A model generated the notes under the pieces. It saw nothing but the letters and a program-made list of their open reading frames with translations. It was not told where the DNA came from and searched no databases. From a candidate division FCPU426 bacterium (lineage in GTDB: Bacteria; Oederibacteriota; Muellerivitia; Muellerivitales; Muellerivitaceae), in NCBI GenBank assembly GCA_963847625.1, contig CAWKAR010000057.1, positions 32,001-96,000 of the forward strand: a stretch of 64,000 bases of DNA, in the 5' to 3' direction. The translations under genes were made by a program, and so were the position numbers. Of this stretch, positions 10,289 to 20,635 are shown piece by piece (positions within the stretch are counted from its first letter, which is position 1; every line of letters starts with the position of its first letter).

Positions 10289-10423
10289 AGTAATTATACC
10301 AGATTCACCCAATCTCGGAGGCCGTTGGAAATCGCCATAAAACAATACTAATTCTCGAATAAAAGTTGTCGCATATAACCGATAATCAGGGAACTCGGCC
10401 TATGCCGCCGGGAAATCCAGCCA

Positions 10424-10858
10424 TTATGATTTTTCCAGGATTTCCACGGCGCTTCTCACCAGTTTAGGACAAAGGGTCGTGGTTAATTTCCTGTCCGCGG
10501 CCATTTTGGAACCTTCCGGTGTGCTGAGGTCGCACCCCAACAATTCCCGGCAAATCAGGGAACCATTGAGTTTTTTGAACTCATCCATGAACTTGGAGGC
10601 CTCGTCATAGTTCTTTTTCTTGGCTTGGGAGTCGCCTTCCCTCACCATGGCGTGACGGAGCCCCATCACCATCAAAGCGCCCGTGACCGCCCCGCAAGTT
10701 TCAGCTTTACGAGCCATTCCCGCCCCAAAACTCCCGCCAACCCGCAAACAAGCTTCCTGATCCAAGCCCGCCTCCGGGCCGAAAGCGCCCAGGACGCTTT
10801 GGGCGCAATTGAAGCCCTTCTGGAACAGGTTTACGGCTTCCTCCGCATTGTTCGGCAT
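10424..10858 (-). CDS. C-GCAxxG-C-C family putative redox protein
   Basis: GFNCAQSV, ETCGAVTGA, CRELLG, LCPKLV motifs. Confidence 0.9.
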   Translation of the reverse strand: MPNNAEEAVNLFQKGFNCAQSVLGAFGPEAGLDQEACLRVGGSFGAGMARKAETCGAVTGALMVMGLRHAMVREGDSQAKKKNYDEASKFMDEFKKLNGSLICRELLGCDLSTPEGSKMAADRKLTTTLCPKLVRSAVEILEKS

Positions 10859-10868
10859 ATCATTCTCC

Positions 10869-11270
10869 TTATATCTGATATCGGTCCTTTATCCTTTTCT
10901 TAATTTCATCCCGGACTTCCCGGAAACTTTGGAGTTTTTCCTCGTCATTGTTTTTCCCAACCCCCGGGTCGGGCAGGCCCCAATGGAGGCGCTCGGCCTT
11001 CCCCAGGAAGACGGGACATAATTCCTCGGCGCAGAGGGTGATGACCATATCCACGGTCTTAGGGTCGATCTCCTCCACCGATTTGGAGCGCTGTTTTGAG
11101 ATATCAATCCCTATTTCCGCCATGGCCTTGATGGCGAAAGGGTTGACGGTGGAAGGATTGGAGCCGGCGCTTTGGATGAAGGCCTCACTTCCTAAAAGAT
11201 TCTTGGCCAGGCCTTCGGCCATCTGGCTCCTGGCTGAATTGCCAACGCAAAGAAAAAGGATTTTCCTCAC
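10869..11270 (-). CDS. arsC: Arsenate reductase, LMW-PTP/thioredoxin type
   Basis: [14 protein letters not shown]-loop, ITLC...CP, HWGLPDP; in ars operon. Confidence 0.92.
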   Translation of the reverse strand: MRKILFLCVGNSARSQMAEGLAKNLLGSEAFIQSAGSNPSTVNPFAIKAMAEIGIDISKQRSKSVEEIDPKTVDMVITLCAEELCPVFLGKAERLHWGLPDPGVGKNNDEEKLQSFREVRDEIKKRIKDRYQI

Positions 11271-12340
11271 GCGGTCTTCCTTTCATACCATCCCCGGGTC
11301 GCCACGCAAAAGGAACAAATCGAAAGCATGATAGGCACCTCCACCAATACCCCGACCACGGTGGCCAGGGCGGCCCCGCTTCCCGGGCCGTAGAGCGCTA
11401 TGACGGTGGCCACGGCCAGCTCGAAAAAGTTGGAGGCTCCGATCAGGATTCCCGGCGCCGCCACTGGATAAGGCACCCTCAGGAGCTTCATCAAGCCCAG
11501 CGTCACCCCTGCGATGATGTAAACCTGGATCAAAATGGGGATGGCGATCAGGATTACCCCGAGCCAGCGGCTGGTGATATTCTCGGACTGGAAAGCGAAT
11601 ATCAAAACAAGGGTCGCTAACAGCGCCAGGATGGTGATTGGGTGGAACGTTGGCAGGAATTTCTCGTTGAACCATCTCTCGCCCTTTTTCCGGATGAGGG
11701 CCCACCGGCTCACGGCCCCCATCGCCAGGGGGATCAACACGAAAATGAGCACCGAATAAAAAAGGACCGGATAAGGAACTTCCAGGCCCGAGGCGCCCGA
11801 AACCAGGACCCGCACGATGGGCACGAAGGCCACCAGCATGATGAGGTCGTTGACCGATACCTGGACGAGCGTGTAGGCGGCATCCCCACCGGTGATATAG
11901 GACCAAACGAAAACCATGGCCGTGCAGGGGGTGGCTCCCAGGATAATGACCCCCGCCAGGTACTGGTTGGCCGCCTCCGGGCTGATCCAGGGCGCGAACA
12001 GGACCTTGAAGAAAAGCCAGCCGATGAGGGCCATCGTGAAGGGTTTCACGAGCCAATTCACGAACAGGGTCACCCCGAGGCCCTTGGGTTTTTTCCCCAC
12101 ATCCTTGATGGACGCGAAATCGATCTTCAGCATCATGGGGTAGATCATCAGCCAGATGAGGATGGCAATGGGGATGTTGATGTGGCTGCCGGACCCGAAT
12201 TCCATGCCCTGCATTGAAATGATGACTTGCGGGATGAACTTGCCGATCAGGATGCCCAGCCCCATGCAGAGGGCCACCCAGAGGGTCAGGTAACGCTCGA
12301 AGACATTCAATTTGGAGGAAATACTTTGGTGCATTTCCAT
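11267..12340 (-). CDS. acr3: Arsenite efflux transporter, ACR3 family
   Basis: [47 protein letters not shown]. Confidence 0.95.
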   Translation of the reverse strand: MEMHQSISSKLNVFERYLTLWVALCMGLGILIGKFIPQVIISMQGMEFGSGSHINIPIAILIWLMIYPMMLKIDFASIKDVGKKPKGLGVTLFVNWLVKPFTMALIGWLFFKVLFAPWISPEAANQYLAGVIILGATPCTAMVFVWSYITGGDAAYTLVQVSVNDLIMLVAFVPIVRVLVSGASGLEVPYPVLFYSVLIFVLIPLAMGAVSRWALIRKKGERWFNEKFLPTFHPITILALLATLVLIFAFQSENITSRWLGVILIAIPILIQVYIIAGVTLGLMKLLRVPYPVAAPGILIGASNFFELAVATVIALYGPGSGAALATVVGVLVEVPIMLSICSFCVATRGWYERKTA

Positions 12341-13192
12341 TTAGGGTTTCTCACCCCAAACCGTCACGCTGAATATCCCCACGCCGGACTTTTCCAAATC
12401 CCGGATTTCATTTTCCTTCAGGTATTTCAACAGGACTTCACGGGGGACTTCCACCCGGCGGTCCTTCAAGACCTTGATGTTCCGGAAACCAGCCTGCCGG
12501 ATGAAACCCAGGTAGTCCTCCCGTTTGACCGCGCCCGCCACGCATCCCACGTAGAGCTCGGCATCCGACCTTAATTTCTCGGGCAAATCGCCGTTCAAGA
12601 CGATGTCCGAGACGTTGAAATGGCCGCCGGGCTTGAGAACCCTGAATATTTCCTGGAAGGCCTTGGCCTTGTCCGGCACCAGGTTGAGCACGCAGTTGCT
12701 GACCACCACGTTCACTTCCCCGCTCCCCACCGGCAACCGCTCGATCTCCCCCAAATAGAAATCCACGTTCTTGAAACCCAGTTTGCGGTTGTTTTCCCTG
12801 GCGCGCTCGATCATCCCGGGGGTCATGTCAACGCCGATCACCCGGCCCTTATCGCCCACTTCCCTGCGGGCCACGAAGGCGTCGTTTCCGGCCCCGCTTC
12901 CCAGGTCCAGGACCGTGTCCCCTTCCCGGATTTGGGCCAGTTGCGTGGGCAATCCGCAGCCCAACCCCAGGTCCGCCTCGGGCTGGTAGCCGGGGAGCTT
13001 CGCATAATCCTCCCCGATGAAACTATAGGAAAACCCTTCCGCTTTCTTTTCCCCGCCGCAGCAGGATGTTTTTTGTTCCTTCGGGCCCTCCATGCCGCAG
13101 CAAGAGGTTTTCACCGCGGATTTGGCGATTTGCCCGTATTTCTCCCTCACGGTTGATTTGATTTTCTCAGCAGCAACTTTTTCTTTTCCCAT
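12341..13192 (-). CDS. arsM: Arsenite S-adenosylmethionine methyltransferase
   Basis: LGLGCGLP, VLDLGSGAGND, SNCVLNL, GCVAGA, N-terminal CC pairs; start set at ATG 13192. Confidence 0.93.
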   Translation of the reverse strand: MGKEKVAAEKIKSTVREKYGQIAKSAVKTSCCGMEGPKEQKTSCCGGEKKAEGFSYSFIGEDYAKLPGYQPEADLGLGCGLPTQLAQIREGDTVLDLGSGAGNDAFVARREVGDKGRVIGVDMTPGMIERARENNRKLGFKNVDFYLGEIERLPVGSGEVNVVVSNCVLNLVPDKAKAFQEIFRVLKPGGHFNVSDIVLNGDLPEKLRSDAELYVGCVAGAVKREDYLGFIRQAGFRNIKVLKDRRVEVPREVLLKYLKENEIRDLEKSGVGIFSVTVWGEKP

Positions 13193-13520
13193 CGTTTTTC
13201 CCTTTCTTTTTAGGCAGTTCACCCAGCAATTTGTGGAACAAGCCGGACAGTTCTTCCAGGGCTTTCGGATTCAGGCAATAGCAGGACTTGGGCCCGTCGA
13301 TCTTTCCCTGGATAAGGCCCGCGTCCAGGAGCACCTTGAGATGCTGGGAGACCGTGGATTGCGCCAGGGGCATGACCTCCACGATCTCGCCGCAAACGCA
13401 TTCCTCGCGCTTGGCCAGGGTCTTCAGGATGGCGATCCGGGCGGGATGGCTCAGCGCCGAGGCGTACCGCGCCAGGTCCCCGTCCCTGGGATGGAATTGA
13501 TCTTCTTTGGAGTAGGCAAT
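13167..13520 (-). CDS. arsR: ArsR/SmtB family transcriptional repressor
   Basis: Frame of ORF 13167-13382 extends upstream through ALSHPARIAIL...ECVCGEIV...QSTVSQHLK; only start-like codon at the expected position is ATT (13520); C-terminal CC. Confidence 0.85.
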   Translation of the reverse strand: MAYSKEDQFHPRDGDLARYASALSHPARIAILKTLAKREECVCGEIVEVMPLAQSTVSQHLKVLLDAGLIQGKIDGPKSCYCLNPKALEELSGLFHKLLGELPKKKGKNDGKRKSCC

Positions 13521-13527
13521 GGTTTCT

Positions 13528-13554
13528 TTTATCGTATATATACGATAAAGTCAA
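13528..13554 (-). promoter_or_regulatory. ars promoter with ArsR operator palindrome
   Basis: Perfect palindrome TTTATCGTATATATACGATAAA (13528-13549) abutting a TTGACT -35. Confidence 0.75.
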
Positions 13555-13635
13555 GGGACACCCTGGTAAAAAAACGGGAGACCGGCAGGGTGCCGGGCGG
13601 CCAGCCCATACCGGCAGGCGGCATCCGCCATCCGC

Positions 13636-15276
13636 TTATTGGTTGAGATAACCTTTAAGGATGTCACTTCTGCCGGGATACTTCAATTTCATCAGAGCCC
13701 TGGCCTCGATCTGGCGCACCCGCTCACGGGAGACGTTGAATTCAATGCTTATATCCTCCAGGGTGCGGGGATTGCCGGTGAACAGGCCGAACCTCTGGCG
13801 CAAGATTTCAGCCTCCCTGGCCCCGAGCGTCCCCAGCACCTTGGAGATATTCTCCCTCATGCGCGTGAAAACAGCCGCTTGGTCCGGGCTGACGGCTTCC
13901 GGATCGGCGATAAAATCCCCCAAACGGCTGTCCAGGTTCTTGCCGACCGGCGTATCCAGGGAGACGACCGGCTGGGCGGCCTTGAGGCATTCCCGGACCT
14001 TTTCCACCGGCAATTCCAGGCGCCTGGCGATCTCATCCGCCGTGGGCTCATGCCCCGTCTCCTGCGCCAGTTCCCGTGAAGCCCTGGCGCACCTGTTGAC
14101 TGCATCGTACATGTGCGCCGGGACGCGGATCGTGCGGCCTTGGTCCGAGACGGCCCGGGTAAGGCCCTGGCGGATCCACCAGGTGGCGTAGGTGGAAAAC
14201 TTGAAACCCCGGCGGTAATCGAATTTCTCGACCGCCCTCATGAGGCCGATGTTCCCTTCCTGGATGAGGTCCATCAACGGCAGGCCGCGGTAGGCGTATT
14301 TCTTGGCGATGGAGATGACCAGGCGCAGGTTGGCCCTGACCATCTCCATACGGGCGACGGAAGCTTCGCGCTCGCCTTCCCGGACCTCGCGCATCATCCT
14401 CTTGACCTTGTTCCGGCCGGCCATGGCCTTTCTCTCGAGGCGCTTGATCCCGCGGCGCGCGCCGTCCCAAAGGCCGCAGGCATCCCTAAAGCCCCCGCCT
14501 TTCAGGTGGCTTTTTCCTTCTAAAACTTTGAGGCCTGGTCCGCCGCGCTTAAGCGCGGCGGGGAGTTTAAGGTAGTCCCCGGTGCCGAGCCTTAACCGCC
14601 CCTCCTGCTGGCACATGACGCATTCCACCTCCCCCATTGTTTCCGCGGGACCGTCCAGGCAGTTCAGGAGCCTTTCTTTCACCTTCCTTTGGAGCCGGCA
14701 ATCCTTGACCAGCCAGACCAGGTCCACGAGCCTGTCATCCAACCGCTTGGCCAGGGCTTCGCGTTTCCCGGCCTCAAGGGACTTCAAACCCGCCAGGCGC
14801 CGCAGGGATTTGATTTGGCGCTCCAATCCATTGAGCCTGGTAAGCGCCTTTTTTATCCCAGCCAGGATCTTTTTTTCCGGCGGCCCCTCCGGCAGGTCCT
14901 CATAAGGCTCCAGGTCGATGGTTTCCAGGAGGGTTTTCTTTTTTGCAAGTATGTCCTTAAGCAGTTTTTTTAATTCCCGGAACCCCAGGGCCGAGCCCAG
15001 GACGGTCTTTTCGCGCTTGAATTCGCCGGCTTCAATCCGCTTGGCGATGGCGATTTCCTGCCCCCTGGTCAGGAGCCTGATGCGCCCCATGTCCCGCATG
15101 TATATTTTAAAATTGTCGGTTGAGCTGCCCGATGTTACGGCCTTCCCCATTTTCTTTTCCAGGCCTTCATCCATCGGCTCCCGGTCCACGGTCACGACGC
15201 CGTCCCCGGCGGGGATTAGATACGATTCCGCCGTTTGTAACGGGGTTTTGATTTTGAATAGCGATGCGTTTTGCAC
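13636..15276 (-). CDS. RNA polymerase sigma-70 factor, RpoD/SigA family (no region 1.1)
   Basis: Region 1.2 [21 protein letters not shown], region 2 [12 protein letters not shown]...[12 protein letters not shown], region 4 RTLEDI...[13 protein letters not shown]. Confidence 0.92.
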   Translation of the reverse strand: MQNASLFKIKTPLQTAESYLIPAGDGVVTVDREPMDEGLEKKMGKAVTSGSSTDNFKIYMRDMGRIRLLTRGQEIAIAKRIEAGEFKREKTVLGSALGFRELKKLLKDILAKKKTLLETIDLEPYEDLPEGPPEKKILAGIKKALTRLNGLERQIKSLRRLAGLKSLEAGKREALAKRLDDRLVDLVWLVKDCRLQRKVKERLLNCLDGPAETMGEVECVMCQQEGRLRLGTGDYLKLPAALKRGGPGLKVLEGKSHLKGGGFRDACGLWDGARRGIKRLERKAMAGRNKVKRMMREVREGEREASVARMEMVRANLRLVISIAKKYAYRGLPLMDLIQEGNIGLMRAVEKFDYRRGFKFSTYATWWIRQGLTRAVSDQGRTIRVPAHMYDAVNRCARASRELAQETGHEPTADEIARRLELPVEKVRECLKAAQPVVSLDTPVGKNLDSRLGDFIADPEAVSPDQAAVFTRMRENISKVLGTLGAREAEILRQRFGLFTGNPRTLEDISIEFNVSRERVRQIEARALMKLKYPGRSDILKGYLNQ

Positions 15277-15359
15277 GGTTTGCCTCCCCTATGGCAAAAC
15301 ATGAATTCAAATTGTTATTTAATGCCTTGTTTAATGGATAGGTGGTTAAAAGGAATAAA

Positions 15360-15374
15360 GCAAGGCCTGTGCCA
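15360..15374 (-). promoter_or_regulatory. Sigma54 (-24/-12) promoter
   Basis: Minus strand TGGCAC-AGGCC-TTGC, exact consensus, ~85 nt upstream of the sigma gene. Confidence 0.75.
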
Positions 15375-15520
15375 GTTCCGTAAACGCTGGAAAACTCAGG
15401 AAAAGCTTGGAAAGTTTGATGAGTAACTTTTGGGAATGGGTTGGAATTTATGTCGGTGAAGACAATTTCGTAATCACGTTTTGTTAACGCCCATCACTTC
15501 AAATTTTCTCGGATGAAACG

Positions 15521-15606
15521 GCCCATGCCGCTGGGAAACCCGCCCCATGTCACTGGGAATACCGCCCATGTCGCCGGGAATATCGCCGATGCCGTCGGCG
15601 TTTACC
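15521..15606. repeat. Four ~21-bp tandem repeats, each with a small inverted repeat
   Basis: GCCCATGCCGCTGGGAAACCC / GCCCCATGTCACTGGGAATACC / GCCCATGTCGCCGGGAATATC / GCCGATGCCGTCGGCGTTTACC. Confidence 0.75.
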
Positions 15607-15882
15607 GGGTTTAACGGCTCTGTTTACTGGGTTGCCGAACCCCACTCGGAGGATGCATTACCCCGGGACAGATTTACGGATTTGAATGTTATTTTTTGAT
15701 TTTCCAATCCCGCCAATAATTCCATTTAAGAAAATGTTCCGTACCGAACATATAACGCATTCCAGTTTTCCCCTCCCTCCATAAGTAAAACGGCCATCGG
15801 TTAAATCCATTCTCGAGGCTTTCAATCGGGGATACGTCTTAAATCCAGCCTTCGGAATGACACCCTAAAACCACGGCCAAAA

Positions 15883-15898
15883 TTAACGGGGATTTAAC
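15883..15898 (+). promoter_or_regulatory. Putative Pho box
   Basis: TTAAC direct repeat with 11-bp period; shares GGGGATTTAACGC with the pstS upstream box. Confidence 0.55.
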
Positions 15899-16051
15899 GC
15901 GGATGAAATGTTCCCGGTCACCCCCTTCCGTAATATCCCGCCGAGTTTACTTCGAAGGGGGTTGAAACACTTTTCCGCTTCCAACACCTACCACGTTTAT
16001 GAAAAACCCGCTTCGGGGGGAAAATTTAACTTAAATTTACGGGAGGCAATT

Positions 16052-16696
16052 GTGAAAAGGATTTTAGTCATCTGGGGCATCGCAATCTTGTTTATGGGAG
16101 GACTGCTGTCGCTGGCTTGCAACGCCAACAACAGCGTCACCCACGCGGCCGCCGCGCCGGCGGCAACACCGACACAGTGTTACTACTCCGGCAACAACGA
16201 CGCCGTGACCGCCATCAACATGACGACGGTGATGGCCAACGCCGACGTGGCCGCGTACGGGGTCAGCCTCGCCAAAGCCACGACCATCACACAGTTGAGC
16301 GTTTATTGCTCAGAGGCTTCGTCAGCCTCGCCGATGCCGGGAACCGATATGCTGGAAACGGCATTGTTCTCAGTGAAGAGCGGGGTCGCCACGAGCGTGG
16401 GAAGCTCCGGCAAGGTCCAGGTCTTCAGCGCGCCGGTTACGGCCCAATGGGTCAATATCCCCATGGGAAGCCTCAGCCTGGCCGCCGGCAGTTACGTGAT
16501 CGCGTGCCGTTACACCCAGGACAAAGCGAACCAAACCATCACCACCTTCACCCTCGGGACCAGCTCTGCCGCGACGGGCATCTCCTACTATACCAACGTC
16601 GCCGGGGGAATCACCGGCTCGGACACTTGGTCACTGCCGGCGACGTTGGCTCCTCCGGTCAACTACGAGTTGAACATCAAGACCTGCCCGTTCTAA
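16052..16696 (+). CDS. Putative lipoprotein
   Basis: GGAGG RBS before GTG 16052; signal ending SLAC; beta-rich mature region. Confidence 0.75.
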   Translation: MKRILVIWGIAILFMGGLLSLACNANNSVTHAAAAPAATPTQCYYSGNNDAVTAINMTTVMANADVAAYGVSLAKATTITQLSVYCSEASSASPMPGTDMLETALFSVKSGVATSVGSSGKVQVFSAPVTAQWVNIPMGSLSLAAGSYVIACRYTQDKANQTITTFTLGTSSAATGISYYTNVAGGITGSDTWSLPATLAPPVNYELNIKTCPF

Positions 16697-16809
16697 GGAA
16701 TGGATAGGGAAGCGGGGTTTTCCAACGCCTATCGACGACCACACAGACGAGGGTTGAAAGCCCGCAAAACGGGTTAAGGAAAAAATAAAAATTTTAAGAA
16801 GGAGAGAAT

Positions 16810-18288
16810 ATGAAAAGGTTCTGGATGTTTTTACTCTACCTGGCCGCGGGGATGGCGGTCCTGATCGCCCCCCCATCCGCCCAGGCGGATGAAGCCACGG
16901 ATCAGGATTCGCTGGGAACCCTTCGGGAGGACATGAACTCCGCCTTGGGTACCCACGCCAGCCGCCTTTCCGATATCGAGAAGACGCTGGGCCTGAAGTT
17001 CTTCGGCGACGTCCGCGTCCGTTTCGATTGGAGGACGCAGGTGCAGTCCGATCCCGAGTTGTTGAACACGGCGGGAACGGCCCTCACCTCCGGCGGGCCG
17101 ATCCAAGACATCACGCGGGGACGCTTCCGGGCGCGCCTCGGGGCTATGAAAACCGACGGGGATATCACGGGCGGCCTGCGGATTTCAACCGGCGCCGCCA
17201 CCAACCCCAACAGCGAGAACCAGACGTTCGACGCAGGGTTCGTGGACGCTTCCTTGTTCATAGACCAGGCCTACTTGACCTACATGCCGTCCGCCTTGGA
17301 CAAGTTCGTCAAGATTACGGCTGGAAAGATGCCGAATCCCTTGACCGTGTCCCCGATCACCTGGGACCCGGACATCGTGCCGGAAGGCGTATTGTTGGAA
17401 CTGAACAACGCCAACACAAACACCAAACTGCGCGCCACCTACTTCGACGTGAGCAACCAGAACGGGGGCGGAGCCCAGGCCATCAACACGGTGAACAACA
17501 ATAACGGCGTGACGAACGTCACGCTATACGTGGCGGGTTCCGATACCGACGAGTACATGGCCAATTTCCAACTCGAACAGCTCCTCAAGTTCGACACGGA
17601 CACCTCCAGCACCCTCATGTTGGGATACGAGTACATCCCGAACGTGACCGCCCTGGCCGGCGGCAATGTCATGGCCCCGCCGAACGGCGCCTTGGCGCTG
17701 AACAACGCCCTGGTGGGCGCGGACGGCATGATCTGGGATTTCGGCGGTTCCGTCCCCAACATCCAGATGCTCGAGGGGATGATCAAGATCAACCACGTAG
17801 TCGGTGGGATTCCCTTGGCCTGGACCTTCCACGGCATTGACAACCTGGATTCCTTCTATGTGCCAAAAGGCGAGAACCAGACCCTCAGCAAGATGCCTCT
17901 GAAGGGTCAATACCAAGACGGGACGACCCAAGGCGGGGTCGTTCTTCCGAAATTGTCCAACCAGTTTGGCTTCTATGGCCAACTCAACATCAACGCGGTG
18001 AAGGCCAAGGGCGACTTGGCCGGGTTCGTCGCGGTGGGTTACCTGGAGCCGAACGCCCAACTGGGCTTCCTGACGGACGACGATCCGGGCAACAACAACC
18101 GGGAATACCTCAAGGCGAACATCACTTACGGGCTGGAAAACAACGTTCAGCTAATGGTGACATCGTGGGCCGTTTGCCACGTGTACGACCAGAATTACGT
18201 CTGGTTGGGCGCCCCCAACGACAAGCTGGGCGGTACTTCCATCAACCCGGAATACCTCACCTACGTCGACCTTTTGATGAGCTTCTAA
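16810..18288 (+). CDS. Putative outer-membrane porin upstream of pstS
   Basis: Signal peptide, short coiled segment, LKFFGDVRVRFD, RFRARLG, NPNSENQTFD, AGKMPNP, WDPDIVPEG, terminal Phe. Confidence 0.8.
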   Translation: MKRFWMFLLYLAAGMAVLIAPPSAQADEATDQDSLGTLREDMNSALGTHASRLSDIEKTLGLKFFGDVRVRFDWRTQVQSDPELLNTAGTALTSGGPIQDITRGRFRARLGAMKTDGDITGGLRISTGAATNPNSENQTFDAGFVDASLFIDQAYLTYMPSALDKFVKITAGKMPNPLTVSPITWDPDIVPEGVLLELNNANTNTKLRATYFDVSNQNGGGAQAINTVNNNNGVTNVTLYVAGSDTDEYMANFQLEQLLKFDTDTSSTLMLGYEYIPNVTALAGGNVMAPPNGALALNNALVGADGMIWDFGGSVPNIQMLEGMIKINHVVGGIPLAWTFHGIDNLDSFYVPKGENQTLSKMPLKGQYQDGTTQGGVVLPKLSNQFGFYGQLNINAVKAKGDLAGFVAVGYLEPNAQLGFLTDDDPGNNNREYLKANITYGLENNVQLMVTSWAVCHVYDQNYVWLGAPNDKLGGTSINPEYLTYVDLLMSF

Positions 18289-18373
18289 CTTTCTCATGGG
18301 GCCGCCCGGCAGTCAGGGAACCGGGCCGGCTCCCCTCTCCCCTCCTGGCCCCCCCAAGGGGGCCCAGGGGGAT

Positions 18374-18400
18374 TTAACGCGAATGTAACAAAGCCGTAAC
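18374..18400 (+). promoter_or_regulatory. Pho box upstream of pstS
   Basis: TTAAC/GTAAC/GTAAC at 18374, 18385, 18396 (11-bp period). Confidence 0.7.
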
Positions 18401-18449
18401 AGAAACAAGAAGCCAACAGCCTTAAATTCAAGAAAAAGAGGAGCAAGCA

Positions 18450-19471
18450 ATGAATAAATACACAAAGTTTCTGGTTGGGGCGCTCATGGGCGCCACCCTG
18501 ATGGGAGCCGGGGCTGCCGTGGCCGCCTCGCTGAACGGCGCGGGAGCCACCTTCCCCTATCCCATCTATTCCAAGTGGTTTTACGAGTACAACAAGAAGG
18601 CCGGGGTCGAGATCAACTACCAATCCATCGGTTCGGGCGGGGGAATCCAGCAGTTGACCAACGGAACCGTGGATTTCGGCGCCTCCGACGCCCCCATGTC
18701 GGATGAGCAGATGGCCAAGATCAGCGGCGGGGTCCTGCATTTCCCCACCGTGGCCGGCGCGGTCGCCATCGCTTATAACCTCCCGGGAGTGGAAAAACTG
18801 AAACTGAACGCAGAGGTTTTGGAAGGCATTTACAGCGGCGGAATCACCAAGTGGAACGACCCGGCCATCGCTGAGTTGAACTCCGGCGCGAACCTGCCGG
18901 ACACCGTCATCACGGTGGCGCACCGCTCGGACGGCAGCGGAACCAGCAACATCTTCACCAACTACCTCACCAAGGTCAGCACCAAGTGGGCCACCTCCGT
19001 CGGGTTCGGCACCTCGGTGAAATGGCCGGTGGGCGTGGGCGGGAAGGGCAACGAGGGCGTGGCGGGCCTGATCCAGCAGATTCCCGGGACCATCGGGTAC
19101 GTGGAACTGGCCTACGCGGTCAAGAACAAACTGCCCTACGCCTCGATGAAGAACAAGGCCGGAAATTACGTGGTGCCTTCCGTGGAGTCCACCACCGCCG
19201 CGGCCGCAGGCGCCCTGCGCCACATGCCGAAGGATTTCCGCGTGATGATCACCAACGCGGGGGGTGAAAATGCCTATCCCATCTGCGGGTTCACCTGGCT
19301 TTTAATCCCCAAGAACATTTCCAGACGCCGACAACGGCAAGGCCCTGGTGGATTTCCTCAAGTGGTACCTGGCCTCCGGCGAAGGACATGGCGGCGGATT
19401 TGATGTACGCGCCATTGCCTGAGTCGCTTGTCTCAAAAGTAAAGGCCCAAATCGAGCAGGTAAAGTACTAG
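18450..19471 (+). CDS. pstS: Phosphate ABC transporter substrate-binding protein; two +1 indels near the 3' end
   Basis: GAGATFPYPIY, YQSIGSGGG, RSDGSGTS, GKGNEGV; removing one base at ~19319 and one at ~19384 restores ...ALVDFLKW...MYAPLPESLV...KY* ending 19471. Confidence 0.93.
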
Positions 19472-19601
19472 CAGGCTGCAAAAAAATAAAAATAGGCCAC
19501 AAAGCAGCCTGCGACCCCAAAGATTCCGCAGGAATCGTGGGGTTTCCACAAATGTCGTCAGCTGAAAAAGACCGTTGTGGGGACTTTTTCAGCAACTTAC
19601 T
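19470..19601. mobile_element. Possible MITE-like element between pstS and pstC
   Basis: Imperfect terminal inverted repeats AGCAGGCTGCAAAAAA / (rc) AGTAAGTTGCTGAAAAA with internal hairpins; no transposase in window. Confidence 0.35.
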
Positions 19602-19621
19602 AATTTCAAAGCGGGGTTGAA

Positions 19622-20602
19622 TTGAACCGAGCAGCGGACATTACGGGGAACGGGGGGGCCGTCGAGGCCCCCCCTTTTTTTAAAAGATTCGGCGAAGTCG
19701 CGTTCATGGACAGCATCTTCCGGAAATTGACCGCTTTTTTCGCCTTCCTCATCCTTTTCCTGGCCGTCATGACGGCCTTCACCCTTTGGCACGCCTCCCT
19801 GCCCGCCATGCACAAGATGGGCTGGCGGTTCCTGACTTCCTCCGATTGGGACCCCGTCAACGGGATTTTCGGAGCGGTCCCTTACGTTTACGGCACACTG
19901 GCTTCATCGTTCATAGCGCTTTTGATCGCCACGCCTTTCGGGCTGGGCATCGCGCTTTTCCTCACCGAACTGGCTCCCATGAAGATGCGGGAGCCCGTGG
20001 CTTTCCTCGTGGAGATCCTGGCCGCCATCCCCAGCGTGGTTTACGGACTTTGGGGCATTTTCCTCCTGGCGCCCTTCATGCGCGTTCACGTGGACCCGTT
20101 CCTGATGAAGTTCCTCGGGGCCCCCTTTTTCAAGGGGCCTTCCACCGGACTGTCCCTCTTCACGGCGGGGGTAATCCTTTCCGTCATGATCCTTCCCACC
20201 ATCACGGCCATCAGCCGCGAGGTGTTCGAGGCCGTGCCCAACAGCTTCCGGGAGTCCGCCAAGGCCCTGGGGGCCACGAGCTGGGAAACCATCCAACTGG
20301 CGGTGCTGAAACCCTCCAAGGTCGGGTTGCTGGGCGCCATTATGCTGGCCCTGGGCCGGGCCCTGGGGGAAACCATGGCGGTCACCATGGTCATCGGCAA
20401 CCGGCCCCAGGTCTCCATGAACCTGCTGGACCCCTCCCACAGCATGGCCAGCGTCATCGCCAACGAGTTTTCCGAGGCGGTGGGGGACATTCATATCGCG
20501 GCCCTGGCAGAAATCGGCCTTTTATTGATGGTCATCACCTTGATTTTAAACATCGTGGCCCACCTGTTGGTATGGTTCACGACGTCGAAATTCCAAAGAT
20601 GA
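19622..20602 (+). CDS. pstC: Phosphate ABC transporter permease PstC
   Basis: WDPV, LAAIPSVVYGLWG, ALGAT.WE, GRALGETMAVTMVIGN; start may be ATG 19706. Confidence 0.95.
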   Translation: MNRAADITGNGGAVEAPPFFKRFGEVAFMDSIFRKLTAFFAFLILFLAVMTAFTLWHASLPAMHKMGWRFLTSSDWDPVNGIFGAVPYVYGTLASSFIALLIATPFGLGIALFLTELAPMKMREPVAFLVEILAAIPSVVYGLWGIFLLAPFMRVHVDPFLMKFLGAPFFKGPSTGLSLFTAGVILSVMILPTITAISREVFEAVPNSFRESAKALGATSWETIQLAVLKPSKVGLLGAIMLALGRALGETMAVTMVIGNRPQVSMNLLDPSHSMASVIANEFSEAVGDIHIAALAEIGLLLMVITLILNIVAHLLVWFTTSKFQR

Positions 20603-20635
20603 GGCGGCCGAAGGCCTGAAAAAAGGAAGTAGTCA

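Noticed and set aside
13219..13554. 111-aa ORF as the N-terminal half of a frameshifted arsR
   Set aside because: ArsR motifs lie entirely in the 13167 frame; this ORF overlaps the promoter
15521..15606. 21-bp repeats as mini-CRISPR or plasmid iterons
   Set aside because: No spacers, degenerate units, no rep gene
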